Shown here: piece by piece, positions 41,321 to 51,648 of the stretch
How positions within the stretch are numbered: position 1 is the first letter of the stretch
How the letters are laid out: each line of letters opens with the position of its first letter
NCBI GenBank assembly: GCA_963822965.1
Contig: CAWGJT010000006.1
Span: 544,001 to 608,000 of the forward strand
Length of the DNA stretch: 64,000 nucleotides
Origin: an uncultured delta proteobacterium
GTDB taxonomy: Bacteria; Myxococcota_A; UBA9160; UBA4427
Direction: 5' to 3'
Position numbers and translations under genes: made by a program
The notes under the pieces: generated by a model
Told to the model about the DNA's origin: nothing
Database searches by the model: none
Seen by the model: only the letters and a program-made list of their open reading frames with translations

Positions 41321-42347
41321 TCATCCCCTCGGCGCGCTTCCGGGCGGTGGCCAGCCGCGCCGGGGGCAACGGGATCAGCCCCTTGTCGGCCAGATAGCCG
41401 TCCGGCCCCGCCGCCCGATCGCTGGTGAACTCGGCCACGAACTCCGGAATGCCGGGCACCTTGCCCACGTGCGCCTTCTTGACGTAGAAGAAGAGCGAGC
41501 GCGAGATCTCGTACTTGCCGTCGGCGATGTTCTCGAAGCTGGGCTCGATCCCGTCGATCACGCTGCCCTGCAGCTGGTCCGTGTTCTGGTCGAGGAAGGA
41601 GAACCCGAAGATGCCGATGGCATGGGGGTTGGACTCCAGCTTCTGGACGATCAGGTTGTCGTTCTCGCCCGCCTCGATGTAGCGGCCGTCCTCGCGGATC
41701 GCATGGGCGACCGCCTGGAAGGCCTTGTCGTCCTTGGCCTTGAGCTCGGCCAGCATCGGGCTCTTCTTGGCACCGCCCTCCATCGCCAGCTCGACGAAGG
41801 CGTCGCGGGTGCCCGAGGTGGGCGGCGGCCCCAGCACCTCGATCTTCACGTCCGGCAGGGCCGGATCCACGTCCCGCCAGGTCTGGTTGGGGTTCGGGAC
41901 GAGCTTTCCGTTGACGGGGATCTCCTTCGCGAGCGCGCGGAAGATCTGGTCGAGGGTCAGGGACAGGCGCTGGCTCTCTCGGGAGTTGGCGAGCACGATG
42001 CCGTCGAATCCCACCTCGACTTCGACGATCTCCTTCACGCCGTTGCTCGCGCAGGTCGCAACCTCGGAGGCCTTGATCCGACGCGACGCGTTGGTGATGT
42101 CCGGCGTGTCGAGGCCGACCCCGGCGCAGAAGAGCTTGAAGCCTCCGCCGGAGCCCGTGCTCTCCACCACCGGAGTGCCGAACTTCGTGGAGCGGCCAAA
42201 TTGCTCGGCCACCGCCGCCGAGAAGGGAAACACGGTGGACGAGCCCACGATCCGGATCTCTCGCGCCTCGGCACCCCCTGCGACCCCCAGCACGGTGAGG
42301 AACGAGGCGGCCACGAGGGCCAAGGGGGCAGTCCTGGTGAAGCTCAC
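41304..42347 (-). CDS. pstS: Phosphate ABC transporter substrate-binding protein
   Basis: Signal peptide; IVGSSTVFPF, ESTGSGGG, NASR, GPPPTSGTRD, ENDNLIV. Confidence 0.95.
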   Translation of the reverse strand: MSFTRTAPLALVAASFLTVLGVAGGAEAREIRIVGSSTVFPFSAAVAEQFGRSTKFGTPVVESTGSGGGFKLFCAGVGLDTPDITNASRRIKASEVATCASNGVKEIVEVEVGFDGIVLANSRESQRLSLTLDQIFRALAKEIPVNGKLVPNPNQTWRDVDPALPDVKIEVLGPPPTSGTRDAFVELAMEGGAKKSPMLAELKAKDDKAFQAVAHAIREDGRYIEAGENDNLIVQKLESNPHAIGIFGFSFLDQNTDQLQGSVIDGIEPSFENIADGKYEISRSLFFYVKKAHVGKVPGIPEFVAEFTSDRAAGPDGYLADKGLIPLPPARLATARKRAEGMIVLGM

Positions 42348-42463
42348 GGTTGGAACCCTCCTGTGTCGCTTCCGTCTCTATTCGCGAAGTCCGCGAAGTC
42401 GTTTCTGCGGGGCCTGGAAGCCGGCCCCCCGGCCGGCCCCTTGCTCCACGTGGACCCTAGGTG

Positions 42464-42564
42464 CACAGTCTGTGCGTGACGTGAAGACTGTGTGACGGTT
42501 TCGTCACATTGAGAGCGATCGACGGCACCCGGGTAGCCTTTCGCTACGTAAAAACGTCACATTT
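42464..42564. promoter_or_regulatory. Putative PHO boxes in the divergent pstS / phoU promoter
   Basis: Minus-strand half-sites CGTCAC and CTTCAC spaced 11 nt apart; inverted TGTGACG..CGTCACA at 42491-42508; second CGTCACATT near 42555. Confidence 0.6.
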
Positions 42565-42670
42565 CGACCACTCGCCATGCCGGCGTCACGGAACCGTTGC
42601 ATGGCGACGCTTTCATGGTGCGTGCCGGCAGGCCGCCCAGCGTTCGGGGCCGAGAGGCCGGAGGAAATTC

Positions 42671-43354
42671 TTGTCGAGAATCGTCGAGCGCGATCTGGAA
42701 GCCCTGCGGGAGCTCGGTCTCAGAATGGCGGGTCTGTCGGAAGCGATCCTGGAGAAGGCCCTGGAAGCGGTCTCCCGCCGGGACGGCCAGCTGGCCGAGG
42801 AGGTCCAGGGCGACGACCTGGCCATCGACCGGCTCGACATCGAGATCGACGAGGCAGTGCTGGAGATCCTGGCCCTGCAGGCTCCCGTCGCCCGGGACCT
42901 GCGGGCGGTGATCGGGGTGAAGAGCGTCGCCACGGACCTCGAGCGCGTGGGGGACCTGGCCCGCAACATCGCCAAGAGCGCCACCCGCCTCGCGAATCGC
43001 CCCAAGGTGCCGGTGCCGCCCCGGCTCGAGCAGCTGGGCGACGAGAGCCGCCGGCAGCTCCGACTCGCCCTCGACGCCTTCGCCAGCGCCGACACCCAGG
43101 CAGCCCGCCGGGTGCTGGCCGGCGAGGCGCTGGTGGACGAACACCAGGACACCGTGGTTCGGGACGCTCTCGAGGAGCTCCAGAGCCGGCCGGAGATCTC
43201 TCCCCAGGAGGTGGACTTCATCCTGATCGCCAAGAGCCTGGAGCGGGTGGCCGACCACGCCACCAACATCGCCGAGGAGGTCGTCCGGATCGCCGAGTCC
43301 CGCAATCTGAAGCACGCCGAGAAGCTCGCCGGCAGAGCGGCGGCGGATGAGTGA
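42671..43354 (+). CDS. phoU: Phosphate signalling complex protein PhoU
   Basis: LALQAPVARDLR, DLERVGDLARNIA, LERVADHATNIAEEV; start uncertain (TTG). Confidence 0.93.
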   Translation: MSRIVERDLEALRELGLRMAGLSEAILEKALEAVSRRDGQLAEEVQGDDLAIDRLDIEIDEAVLEILALQAPVARDLRAVIGVKSVATDLERVGDLARNIAKSATRLANRPKVPVPPRLEQLGDESRRQLRLALDAFASADTQAARRVLAGEALVDEHQDTVVRDALEELQSRPEISPQEVDFILIAKSLERVADHATNIAEEVVRIAESRNLKHAEKLAGRAAADE

Positions 43355-43420
43355 CCCCCCGAAGGAGCCCCGTCTCCGCCCGCCGTGCCCGGCCCGGCCG
43401 AGACGCAGTGGAGGCCCGCA

Positions 43421-44110
43421 GTGACAGCAAGAATCCTCGTCGTCGAGGACGAGCCCGACATCCAGGAGCTCATCCGGTACCACCTCGACCAGGCCGGGTT
43501 CCAGGTCGAGACCGCCAGCAACGGCAACGTCGCCCTGCAGGCCCTGCGCCGCCGCCGCCCCAACCTGGTGGTCCTCGACCTGATGCTGCCGGACCGTTCC
43601 GGCACCGAGCTGTGCCGGGAGATCCGCTCCGATCCCGACCTGAAGGAGCTGCCGATCATCATGGTGACGGCACGCACGGACGAGGTCGACCGCCTGGTGG
43701 GCTTCGAGCTGGGCGCCGACGACTATGTCGCCAAGCCCTTCAGCCCGCGGGAGCTGACCCTGCGGGTCCGGGCGGTGCTGCGCCGTTCCTCCACCACCGC
43801 CGAGGCCGGCGAGGCGCCGGAGGTGCTGCAGCACGGCCCGCTGAGCCTCGACGTCGCGCGCCACCGCTGCCAGGTCTCCGATCGCAAGGTCGAGCTCACC
43901 GCCAAGGAGTTCCAGCTCCTGCGCATGCTGATGTCCCGCCCGGGGCGGGTCATGAGCCGGGAACGGCTCCTGGACGAGGTGTGGGGCCCGGACGTGACCG
44001 TCACCCTGCGCACCATCGACACCCACATGAAGCGCCTGCGAGAAAAGCTGGGCGAAGCAGGCGCACTCATCGATACCATCCGGGGAGTCGGTTACCGCTT
44101 CGCGGAGTAA
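43421..44110 (+). CDS. phoB: OmpR/PhoB family response regulator
   Basis: ILVVEDE, LDLMLP, GADDYVAKPFS, RTIDTHMKRLREKL, TIRGVGY; sits in the pho locus. Confidence 0.93.
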   Translation: MTARILVVEDEPDIQELIRYHLDQAGFQVETASNGNVALQALRRRRPNLVVLDLMLPDRSGTELCREIRSDPDLKELPIIMVTARTDEVDRLVGFELGADDYVAKPFSPRELTLRVRAVLRRSSTTAEAGEAPEVLQHGPLSLDVARHRCQVSDRKVELTAKEFQLLRMLMSRPGRVMSRERLLDEVWGPDVTVTLRTIDTHMKRLREKLGEAGALIDTIRGVGYRFAE

Positions 44111-44118
44111 CCCCTTTC

Positions 44119-45882
44119 GTGCCTCGGATCCAGCTCAAGCTCATGGGCGCCCTGGCCGTCCTGGTGTTGGCGATCATCGCCATCGTGGGCGTCGTCGCCG
44201 AGCGGGGTCTGCGAGCGCGCGAGCTGTCCCGGATCGAGCGCAACCTCGAGGTGCGCGCGGGGCTCGTCCGGGAAGCCCTGGGCGCCGAGCCCCGGACCGA
44301 CGTCGCGAGCCTGGACGCCATGGCCGACGAGGCCGGCGAGGCCGCCCACGCCCGGGTCACCCTCATCGAGCGCAGCGGGCGCGTGGTGGGCGACTCGGAG
44401 GTTCCGACCGAGCTGCTGCCGACCCTGCAGAACCACGCGGACCGCCCCGAGGTGATCGCTGCACTGGCCGGCCGGGTGGGCGTGAGCAGCCGCACGAGCG
44501 CCACCGTGCGCCAGCCGCTCCTCTATCTGGCCCTGCCGCCCGACCCGAGCCAGCACGACCTCGTCGTCCGGCTCGCCATCGACACGGCGGAGGTGGACAC
44601 GGCCACCTCGGAGCTGCGGGCGGGGCTGGCCCTCGCCGGTCTCGTAGGACTGGTGGGCGCCCTGGCGCTGTCCTTCGTGATCACGCGGCTCACCCTGCGT
44701 CCGGTCGAGGAGCTTCGCAACGTCGTCACGGACATCGCCAACGGCAAGCTCGAACGCCGGCTGCGCTGGAACACCCGGGACGAGCTCGGCGAGATCGCCG
44801 GGTCGATCAACCAGGTGGCCGAGCAGCTGCGGGGGCGGTACGACGACGCCGCCGCGGAGAAGACCCGGCTCGAGGCCGTGCTGGGCAGCATGGTGGAAGG
44901 CGTCCTCGTGCTGGACTCCCGCGGTCACATCACCCTGGCGAACCGCCGCCTGCAGGAGCTGCTGGACGTCTGGCTCGACCCGCGCGGCAAGACGCCCCTC
45001 GACCTGATCCGCAGCGAGGCGATCCACCAGACCCTGTCGAACGCCACCACCAGCGGCGAGCCCCAGGTGCGCGAGCTCGAGGTGGGCCGGCGCGTCCTGC
45101 TCGTCCACGCGGCCGGCTTGCCCCCGGCGGGCGGCGGGGGGTGCGTGGCCGTCTTCCACGACGTCACCCAGATCCGCAAGCTCGACCAGGTGCGGCGCGA
45201 CTTCCTCGCCAACGCGTCCCACGAGCTGCGGACGCCGCTCACCTCCATCCAGGGCTTCGCGGCGACCCTGCAGCAGAACGATCTGCCCGAGAAGGACCGT
45301 CGCAGCTTCGTCGAGGTGATCGCCCGCAACGCGGAGCGCCTCTCCCACCTGATCGACGACCTGCTGGAGCTCTCGCAGATCGAGGGAAGGCGCGAGCCGC
45401 TCCGCCGCTCGGAGATCGACGTGGCCCACATCGCCAGGACGCTACTCGAAGACCTGGGGCCGCGTCTCGCCCAGCGCTCGCTGCAGGCGGAGATCCATGC
45501 CGAAAGCCCGCCCCGGGCCTGGGGAGACCGCCGTGCCGTCGAGCAGGTCCTGACCAACCTGCTCGACAACGCCGTGAAGTACACCGACGAGGGCGGCCGC
45601 ATCGACGTGACCCTGCGGGCCGACGGCGCGAGGCTCCAGGTGGTCGTCCAGGACACGGGCCTCGGCATTCCCGAGGACGAGGTGGACCGGGTCTTCGAGC
45701 GCTTCTACCGGGTGGACAAGGCGCGCTCGCGCGCGCTCGGCGGCACGGGGCTGGGGCTCTCCATCGTGAAGCACCTGCTCCAGGCCATGAACGGGGAGAT
45801 CCGCCTGGACAGCAAGATCGGCGAGGGGTCGCGCTTCACGTTCTGGCTGCCCGCCGCCCCACCCGCCCCCGCCCGGGCCTGA
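44119..45882 (+). CDS. phoR: Phosphate regulon sensor kinase (HAMP-PAS-HisKA-HATPase)
   Basis: NHADRPEV, RRDFLANASHELRTPLT, NLLDNAVKY, FERFYRVDKARSR..GGTGLGL. Confidence 0.93.
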   Translation: MPRIQLKLMGALAVLVLAIIAIVGVVAERGLRARELSRIERNLEVRAGLVREALGAEPRTDVASLDAMADEAGEAAHARVTLIERSGRVVGDSEVPTELLPTLQNHADRPEVIAALAGRVGVSSRTSATVRQPLLYLALPPDPSQHDLVVRLAIDTAEVDTATSELRAGLALAGLVGLVGALALSFVITRLTLRPVEELRNVVTDIANGKLERRLRWNTRDELGEIAGSINQVAEQLRGRYDDAAAEKTRLEAVLGSMVEGVLVLDSRGHITLANRRLQELLDVWLDPRGKTPLDLIRSEAIHQTLSNATTSGEPQVRELEVGRRVLLVHAAGLPPAGGGGCVAVFHDVTQIRKLDQVRRDFLANASHELRTPLTSIQGFAATLQQNDLPEKDRRSFVEVIARNAERLSHLIDDLLELSQIEGRREPLRRSEIDVAHIARTLLEDLGPRLAQRSLQAEIHAESPPRAWGDRRAVEQVLTNLLDNAVKYTDEGGRIDVTLRADGARLQVVVQDTGLGIPEDEVDRVFERFYRVDKARSRALGGTGLGLSIVKHLLQAMNGEIRLDSKIGEGSRFTFWLPAAPPAPARA

Positions 45883-45888
45883 GGCACG

Positions 45889-47964
45889 TCACCGCAGCCG
45901 GAGCCGGGTGCGGACGCGTTCGCCCTCGACCTTCGCCGAGACGTCGATGTCGCCGATCGTGATGCGATCCGGCTGCACGCCTTTCTTCTCCAGGCGGCTG
46001 CGGACGGCGTCGGCCCGGCGCCGCGCCAGGATGCGCAGGTCGGCGTCGCCGTCCGCCGCCGGCGCCGCACCGCCCCGGATCTCGATCCCGAGCTTCGGGT
46101 TCGCCACCAGCATGGCCGCCACGGCTTCGAGCTTCGTGGGCTCGTCCCCTTCGAGCTCGTTACGCCCGGCCGGGAACCACGTCTGCTCGAGCTCCTCCGG
46201 CCGGAAGAGCTTGCCTCCCAAGGCGACCATGCCCCCCACCATCTTGAACGGGGTCTGGACGACCCGGGTGATCAGGGTGCGGAGCGTGTCCACCAGGGTG
46301 CCGGTGTAGCTGAAGGCCGGATCGTCGAGATCGCCCTCCACAGGTAGGTCGAGCCGGATGCGGCCGTTGGCGTCCGCCAGCAGGACGGCCGCCGTGGCCA
46401 CCGGCAGGGACGTGGCGTCGGGGCTGGCGACGCTCTTGCCGAAGGCCACCGATTCCAGCGCGACCTCGTTGCGTCCCACCACCCGTGCCTTCTCGACGTG
46501 CACCTCCATCTGCAGGCTGCCGCGACCGGCCTCGAGCTCGCGTCCCACGTAGCGCCCCGTGTAGGGGCTGAAGGACGAGAGCTCGACACCCTTCGCGGAG
46601 AGTGCGAGATCCAGGAACTCGCGCGGCGCCATGGGCGCCAGGGAGCCCTTCACGACGACGGGCGCATAGCCGTCGATGCTGGCCTCCGCTTCGAGTGCCG
46701 TGCGTCCGCCGGGCTCGGTCGTGAAGCCGTCGGCACGGATGCCGAGGTCTTCGAGCGCCACGCGGTACGCAGGCTCGAGCGTCCGGTCCTCGAAGCCCAC
46801 GTTTCCGTTCGTGACCGACATGGGACCGATGCGGACCACGGTCGAGGAAGCGTCGCGCTCGCCGTCCTTCGCGGGGGCGTCGCCCTGGGCCGCTTCGCCC
46901 TCCCGAGCCGAGAAGACCTGCGCGACGTTCAGACCGGAGCTCTCCTGCACCAGCCGCAGCCGGGGTCCGGCGAGATCGACGCTGCCGACCGTGATCGCGA
47001 GGGGCTTGCTCGCGACGTCGATGTCGCGAACGTCGAGACTCTTCCAGGCCAGCAGCGGGGCTTCCACGTTGGGCTCACCCACTGCCAGCGCCTTCACGCC
47101 GAGGGACCCCTGAAAGCGGATGCCACCCGGGGTTTCGGTTCCGGTTGCGAGCTTGCCCTTCAGCCCGAGGCGTCCGTCGCGCAGCTCGAGCCTCGCGAAC
47201 GGCTCGACCCAAGGCTGGAGGGAGGAGAGCGGAAGGCTCTCGAGGTCGACGTCGAGAGCGAGCTGGAGCGGCTCGACGCGCAGCTTGCCTTTCACGCCCA
47301 GGCTGGCCCCGTCGCCGAGATCGACCTGCAGGCTGGCGGGGCCCGCTTCGGAGCCCACATCGGCCCGCAGCAGGCTCGAGAGATCGAGGTCGCTGGCCTC
47401 GAGATCGATGGACGCGATGTCGCGAGTCGCGGGCGGCTCGAGGGTGCGGTCGGCCAGGCGCAGGCGGCCTCCCGCGAGCGCCAGGCGCTGGATCGCGAGC
47501 GCGGCCAGGGGGGGCTCTCTCCCTTCCCGTCCGTCCGGGGCGGGCTCCTCCCGGGGCGCCTCCTCCTCCCCTTCCCCGCCCGCGAGAGGCACCCCGGCCA
47601 CGACCGGCCCGTCCGGGGTGAGGGCGAGCTCGACGAACGGACCCGCGAGAGAGAGCTCTTCCACGATCAGGCTTCGCCGCAGCAGCGCGGGCGTGTCGAC
47701 GTCGATTCGCAGCTCGTCGAAGGAGGCGGTGGGCTCGGCCCCGGGCGGTCCCATGGAGAACCCCGTCACCACGAGCCGCAGCCGGAACGGATCGAACGAC
47801 ACCTCCTTCACCCGGGCTTCCAGGGAGAGCTCTTCGTCGGCCAGGCGCGCGACCTGCGCCGCCAGGACCCGCGGCACGACCCCGTAGCCCAGCGCTGCGT
47901 ACAGCAGCACGAGCCCGACGAGGACCGCCAGAACGATGGCAGCGATGCGAAGCGGGCGGCTCAC
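45889..47964 (-). CDS. DUF748 (AsmA-like) protein with OmpA-like C-terminus
   Basis: N-terminal TM, VSFDPFRL, FSPYTGRYVG, LLADANGRIRLDLPVEGDLDDPAFS, LARRRADAVRSRL. Confidence 0.85.
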   Translation of the reverse strand: MSRPLRIAAIVLAVLVGLVLLYAALGYGVVPRVLAAQVARLADEELSLEARVKEVSFDPFRLRLVVTGFSMGPPGAEPTASFDELRIDVDTPALLRRSLIVEELSLAGPFVELALTPDGPVVAGVPLAGGEGEEEAPREEPAPDGREGREPPLAALAIQRLALAGGRLRLADRTLEPPATRDIASIDLEASDLDLSSLLRADVGSEAGPASLQVDLGDGASLGVKGKLRVEPLQLALDVDLESLPLSSLQPWVEPFARLELRDGRLGLKGKLATGTETPGGIRFQGSLGVKALAVGEPNVEAPLLAWKSLDVRDIDVASKPLAITVGSVDLAGPRLRLVQESSGLNVAQVFSAREGEAAQGDAPAKDGERDASSTVVRIGPMSVTNGNVGFEDRTLEPAYRVALEDLGIRADGFTTEPGGRTALEAEASIDGYAPVVVKGSLAPMAPREFLDLALSAKGVELSSFSPYTGRYVGRELEAGRGSLQMEVHVEKARVVGRNEVALESVAFGKSVASPDATSLPVATAAVLLADANGRIRLDLPVEGDLDDPAFSYTGTLVDTLRTLITRVVQTPFKMVGGMVALGGKLFRPEELEQTWFPAGRNELEGDEPTKLEAVAAMLVANPKLGIEIRGGAAPAADGDADLRILARRRADAVRSRLEKKGVQPDRITIGDIDVSAKVEGERVRTRLRLR

Positions 47965-48001
47965 GGCATGCGAAGCGGGTGGTTTCGGCGGACCCGGAGC
48001 A

Positions 48002-48960
48002 TCAGAAGTCGTAGACGAGGTTCGCGTAGTAGCGCCGGTCGTTGCGGGCCTCGTCGGTCTCGTGGGCATCGTAGATGTATACGCCTCCAAGCTTGAAGGC
48101 CAGGCCCTCGATGTAGCCGATCGAGATCTTCCACTCGGCCCGCGACTCGAGCCGGAAGTTGGGCAGGTCCAGGAAGTCGGGCTGGTAGCTGGTGTCCCAG
48201 GAGAGCTTCATTCCCTCCATCATGTTCCAGGCGAGCTGAGCCGCGAGCAGACCGTTCCACTCCGTGCGCACCGGGTCGTCTCCGATCTTCGTGCAGATGA
48301 ACGGGTCCGTGGGATCGGATTCGGGTCCCGTCGAGACGCAGCTCTTCGCGCGATCGTCCGTCAGGGTCTGGGCGATGCCGGTACCGGCGCGACCGATCAC
48401 GTTCCAGGTCGTCGGTCTCGAGGAACTGGTAGCCCATGCCGCCGTCGAGGCCGAGGCGGTGGTTCCAGTCCTGCTCGGCGTCGTAACGATAGAAGGGCGA
48501 GAGGAACGGGAAGAAGTCTTGGTCGGGGATCAGGAAGTCGTGGAGTGTAACGGGTGTCGAACTGGTTGTCGGTCGTGTCCCCCGCGCTGCTCGCGAGGAA
48601 GTAGCGAGCCACGTAGTTCATCCGGAAGCGCTCGGTCTGGCGGTTCAGCGAGAAGCTCGCATTGACGTTCGTGTCCTTCGACTTGCCGCTGGAGCCCGAC
48701 CAGCCGGCGGACAGGGACTTCGTCCAGCCTTCGAGGAAGGTCGTGCCGAACACGCCCGGCTTCACCCCGTCGGGCGGCTTGATCTCGCTCTTCGGGATCT
48801 CGATGCGCCCGAGCACGGCGTGCTCCAGGACGACCGTGTCCTCGGTCTCGAGGATGATCGATCCCTCGAGCTTCTCTCCGCTCTTGAGCTCGACCGTCTC
48901 GGCCTGGGCCGAGCCACAGAAGACGAGCCAGACGGCCAGCGCCGTCGCCGCGATTCGCAT
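48002..48960 (-). CDS. DUF481/YdiY-like outer-membrane beta-barrel, interrupted by two +1 frameshifts (near 48548 and 48408)
   Basis: Signal peptide, ETVELKSGEKLEG domain, WSGSSGKSKDTN, ...NDRRYYANLVYDF (terminal Phe); three consecutive frames join into one protein. Confidence 0.75.
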
Positions 48961-49137
48961 CTCACCACCCCTCGTACGAGTCTCCGGCGAAGTGCATGCT
49001 CCACCGGCGCCGCGACCGCCCCGGGACTCGCGGGGCACGCATTCTGGGGCAGGCCCGAGCGGGGGTCAACGCGGGGAGACCGCTTCGAAGGGCTCCCCGG
49101 ACTCCCAGTCAGCCCAGGGGCGGACCGGGAGGGATTT

Positions 49138-50007
49138 CTACACGACGAAGCGCCAGGCGTCGCCGTCGCGGACGATGCGACCCGCCGACGGGGTGGCGAA
49201 GTGTGTGCCGAACACCAGGGTGGGGGTGTCCGCGTAGCGCTCGAGGAACGCGCGGCGGGTGGCCCGGGCGGTCTCCGGCTGCCAGTCGGCGCTGCTCTCC
49301 CACTCGGGGTGCGCGCACTGCACCGGGTGGTGCATGAGATCGCCGGTGATGACGGCTTCGTACCCCGCCGAGGAGATGCGGACGCTCACGTGGCCCGGCG
49401 TGTGGCCCGGCGTGGGCTCCAGCCGGACCTCGTCCGTGACGGCGTGGTCGACGGCCACGAAGTCGACGAGCCCCGCCTCCACCACCGGGTGCACCGAGTC
49501 GCCCATCACGTCGCCGTAGCGGGTGTCGGCCTCCTTGGCCCAGTAGTCGAACTCGGTGCGTCCGAAGAGGTAGCGGGCGTTCGGGAAGGTGGGCACCCAG
49601 CGGCCTTCCTCCAGGCGCGTGTTCCAGCCGACGTGGTCCACGTGCAGGTGCGTGCACAGCACGCGGTCGACGGACTCGGGCGCGTGTCCGGCCTCGGCCA
49701 GATCCTCGAGGAAGGGGCCCGTCCGCTCGTTCCAGCCGGGAATCGGACGCTGCTTGTCGTTGCCCACGCAGGTGTCGACGAGCACCTTGCAGCCTCCGCT
49801 CTCGATCACCAGCGCGTGGACGCTCATGGAGGCGATGCCCGCAGCGTCGGCGAAGTGCGGCTGCAGCCAGGTCTCCTTCGCGAGATTCTCGGGTGTGGCC
49901 TGGGGGATGATCCAGGTGGCGGGGCCGGGAATCTCGAGCTCCACCACCCGGGTGACGGTGACGTCTCCGATCTTCCAGCGTCGAAAGATCTGGTCGCTCT
50001 TCGCCAT
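49138..50007 (-). CDS. MBL-fold metallo-hydrolase
   Basis: THLHVDHVGWN, PGHTPGH, GDLMHHP, GTHF. Confidence 0.93.
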   Translation of the reverse strand: MAKSDQIFRRWKIGDVTVTRVVELEIPGPATWIIPQATPENLAKETWLQPHFADAAGIASMSVHALVIESGGCKVLVDTCVGNDKQRPIPGWNERTGPFLEDLAEAGHAPESVDRVLCTHLHVDHVGWNTRLEEGRWVPTFPNARYLFGRTEFDYWAKEADTRYGDVMGDSVHPVVEAGLVDFVAVDHAVTDEVRLEPTPGHTPGHVSVRISSAGYEAVITGDLMHHPVQCAHPEWESSADWQPETARATRRAFLERYADTPTLVFGTHFATPSAGRIVRDGDAWRFVV

Positions 50008-50060
50008 CGCACGGTCCTCCTGCTTCGGCCCTGGGGGAAGGGCGAGTATACTGGTCCGCG

Positions 50061-50826
50061 GTGCCGCGACCCCGACTCTCCCTCGTGCGCGCGCTGCTGC
50101 GCGGCCCGGCTCGGGCGCTGTGCGGGCTTCTCGTCGCCTGGGCGGCTCCGGCGGTGGCCGGACCGCCGCTCGTCACCGACGGGTACCGCGGCGCCGGGAG
50201 AGCTGCAGGCGATCCTGGCGGGATCCGGCAGCGAGCGCGGGGCCGCGAAGTCGTTCCAGGCACCCCTCGTGGATCTCGCCTACGGCCTGATTCCGGGATT
50301 CGAGCTCGACGTCGTGCTGTCGGTCAACCACGCGGACGACAGCCGGAAGGCGAGCCTCGGGTACAACGCCACCCTGCTGCTGCTGGGCTTCAAGTGGCAG
50401 CTCGTCGCGCACGAGCGTTGGACGGTCGCCGTCACCCCCGCCGGCGGGCTCGATCTCGACGACCTCGACAACGCCACGGGCTTCGTGCCCGTGGAGGTGG
50501 AGTACCGGCCGGACCGCTGGCGCCTCGGTGGCGAGGCGGGATACGTGCCCCAGCAGGGTGGGCCCGACGGCTGGCAGGCCGGCGCCTACGCGGCGCGCGG
50601 CTTCGACGCCGGCAGCGAGCTGATGGGTGAGATCTGGTGCGCGGCCCTCCGCGACGTGGACGATCCGTCGGTCAACTGGCAGCTGGGTGTCGATTGGGCC
50701 GCCGAGCCCTGGCTGCATGTGCTGGCGGCCGGCGGCACCGGCACCGTGGGAGGCGGAGGTGGCCCGCGCCGGGGCTGGACCGCCTACCTGGGCGTGCAGC
50801 TCCTGGTGCACCCGTTCGATCCCTGA
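50061..50826 (+). CDS. Putative outer-membrane beta-barrel protein, +1 frameshift near 50182
   Basis: Signal peptide ending AVA-GPPLVTD; continues in the next frame with TAAPGELQ..APLVDLAYG..GFKWQL..YLGVQL if one G is removed from GACGGGTACC. Confidence 0.65.
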
Positions 50827-50876
50827 CAGGGCCCCGCGCGCGAGGGGCGCGGGGAGCCCCGTCGGGGCGCGGCGGC

Positions 50877-51515
50877 TCAGTCGTCTCCGCCGCCGTTCAG
50901 CAACGCGCACGCCTCGTGGACGAACTCGAGGGTCGCGCGCTCGTCCTGGGCGATGGTCTGCAGCATGAACTGGGTCTCGGGGTCGTGGTCGAGGCGCGCC
51001 GCCATGTCGAAGATGGGCTGGATCGCCGCATCCACGTCCGGGAACTGCTTCACGAAGTCGGCGATCTTGCGGGCGTCGCCCTTCGCGGAGTCGCCGGCGC
51101 CCCGCATGGTCTCCTGGTAGACGGCCTCGGGAATCTCGAAGCTCGGCGTGGCGCCGAGCTCCTTCAGGCGCGCCTCGAGCAGGCGGGCGTGCATGCCCTC
51201 CCGCTGCTGGATGGTGCGCAGGCCGCCCTTCACGCAGGCCCGGTCGGAGACCTGGATCCAGGCGCCGAGGGACGCCTCGCCGAGCGCCTCGCCAGCCCGG
51301 AACTGGTCGAGGAACGCGACGAGCGCGTCGTGGGAGACCGCCGGGGGGGATGCCGGGGCTCCCTCGCGCTTCTCCAGGCGCTCGAGCCGCTCGACGATCT
51401 CGTCCTGCTGTCTGCGGATCTTCGAGAGCTTCTTGTCGATCTTCTTGAAGAAGTCGCGGGCCTCCTTGCCGGCGTGCCTCTCCTCGTGCTCGTGCTCGTG
51501 CTTGTCCTTGGACAT
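50877..51515 (-). CDS. Ferritin-like domain protein with His/Glu-rich, coiled-coil N-terminus
   Basis: AGEALG, QREGMHARLLEARLKELG (ExxH), DPETQFMLQTIAQDE; RBS GAGGAG. Confidence 0.7.
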   Translation of the reverse strand: MSKDKHEHEHEERHAGKEARDFFKKIDKKLSKIRRQQDEIVERLERLEKREGAPASPPAVSHDALVAFLDQFRAGEALGEASLGAWIQVSDRACVKGGLRTIQQREGMHARLLEARLKELGATPSFEIPEAVYQETMRGAGDSAKGDARKIADFVKQFPDVDAAIQPIFDMAARLDHDPETQFMLQTIAQDERATLEFVHEACALLNGGGDD

Positions 51516-51648
51516 GGGGGGCTCCTCGCGCGGGGGGTCGGGCTCGGGATGCAGCCGTCCGGAACAGCGTAGTCGAAGCCGGCCGGATCCGGGAAGGCGG
51601 GATTCCGGTAGAATGACGAATCCCAGCTTCCTTCCCAGGAGACCCCCC

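Noticed and set aside
47968..48010. Peptide match RSGWFRRTRSIR to the family A ORF (RSGWFRRSRAIR)
   Set aside because: Only 12 residues, poor DNA identity, located in an antisense/intergenic frame; compatible with chance across six frames.
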